Shown one piece after another: positions 63,374 to 64,000 of a stretch of DNA of 64,000 bases. The stretch lies in sequence record DRR378314_409. The stretch is one strand, 5' to 3'. The number at the start of each line of letters is the position of its first letter. Positions within the stretch are counted from its first letter, which is position 1. The translations under genes were made by a program, and so were the position numbers. The notes beneath the pieces are model-generated. The model was not told where the DNA came from. It ran no database searches and was given only the letters and a program-made list of their open reading frames with translations.

Positions 63374-64000
63374 ATGTCTCTTGAAGCTAAAGGCTCCGCT
63401 TTCCCGCGGGGCCTTTCTCATACTCACCGTGTTTATCTGGCTCGCGCTCAAAGGCATTGTGCTGATTATCTGACGGTTGCAATTCGCGAAGGAGCAAACG
63501 TTCTCCATCTTGAAAACCATCCGGTTGAGGAAATCCTTGAATTAGCCGCAAGCTCACCAACCCATGCAGCGGATATCCACTCCCAAATTGAATATCTGCA
63601 AGCCCTGGATGACTTGTCTGCATGTGCTGGCAAGAAAGGTCCGCTGGTCATGGGCATTGTAAATGTGACACCTGACAGCTTTTCAGATGGTGGGGAGTTT
63701 TACGGTTTTAGGGAAGCTGTTCTTCAAGGCAGGGGTCTTCTGAACAAAGGCGCAGACATTCTGGATATTGGAGGGGAGAGTACCCGGCCCGGTGCTGAAA
63801 CAATCCACGCCTCCGAAGAAATAGAGCGGGTTGTACCAGTTATTAAGGAGCTTGCGACAGCGGCGGGTTTGATCTCGATCGACACCCGCAAAGCGGCAGT
63901 GATGGAGGCGGCTTTACTTGCCGGCGCAGGCCTGATTAATGATGTAACCGCGCTTGAATATGATGATAAAAGCCTGGCGGTTGCCGTCAACAGCAATAAG
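63374..64000 (+). CDS. folP: Dihydropteroate synthase, N-terminal part (runs off the right edge)
   Basis: Manual translation from ATG 63374 is open to PLVMGIVNVTPDSFSDGG...GADILDIGGESTRPGA...EEIERVVPVI...SIDTRK. Confidence 0.95.
   Translation, partial: MSLEAKGSAFPRGLSHTHRVYLARAQRHCADYLTVAIREGANVLHLENHPVEEILELAASSPTHAADIHSQIEYLQALDDLSACAGKKGPLVMGIVNVTPDSFSDGGEFYGFREAVLQGRGLLNKGADILDIGGESTRPGAETIHASEEIERVVPVIKELATAAGLISIDTRKAAVMEAALLAGAGLINDVTALEYDDKSLAVAVNSNK

Overview
A core-chromosome window from an alphaproteobacterium. The gene order and protein styles suggest a marine non-rhizobial lineage such as Sneathiella or Rhodospirillales-like (inference only). Left: partial carA, yqeY-dnaG-rpoD and tRNA-Ile2(CAT). 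Next is a variable block: orphan PleC/DivJ-type kinase, LysE/MocR pair, nucleoside hydrolase, ybaN, a Liv-type ABC system with fused indolepyruvate:ferredoxin oxidoreductase and enoyl-CoA hydratase, a VPLPA-CTERM protein and an AEC transporter. Middle: ettA, bfd with two complementary bacterioferritins, amidase-rfbCBD-thioesterase, ibpA with a ROSE-like leader, rcdA, rpmE, an ABC exporter, a paraoxonase homologue and a non-flagellar OmpA-like/MotA-like/MotB-like operon. Right: suhB, efp, thiE, fba-pgk-gap-tkt, zapA, 6S RNA, ygfA, ymdB, a 560-aa hypothetical, yebC-ruvCAB-ybgC-tolQRAB-pal-cpoB-tilS-ftsH and partial folP. I saw no integrase, transposase, prophage or CRISPR array. Best leads: (1) the orphan stator-like three-gene envelope system with a very long coiled-coil MotB; (2) the paraoxonase homologue lacking the catalytic His dyad; (3) the split-function bacterioferritin pair; (4) the unknown 560-aa gene with a potentially switchable RNA leader. 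All calls come from reading motifs by eye; no database search was run.
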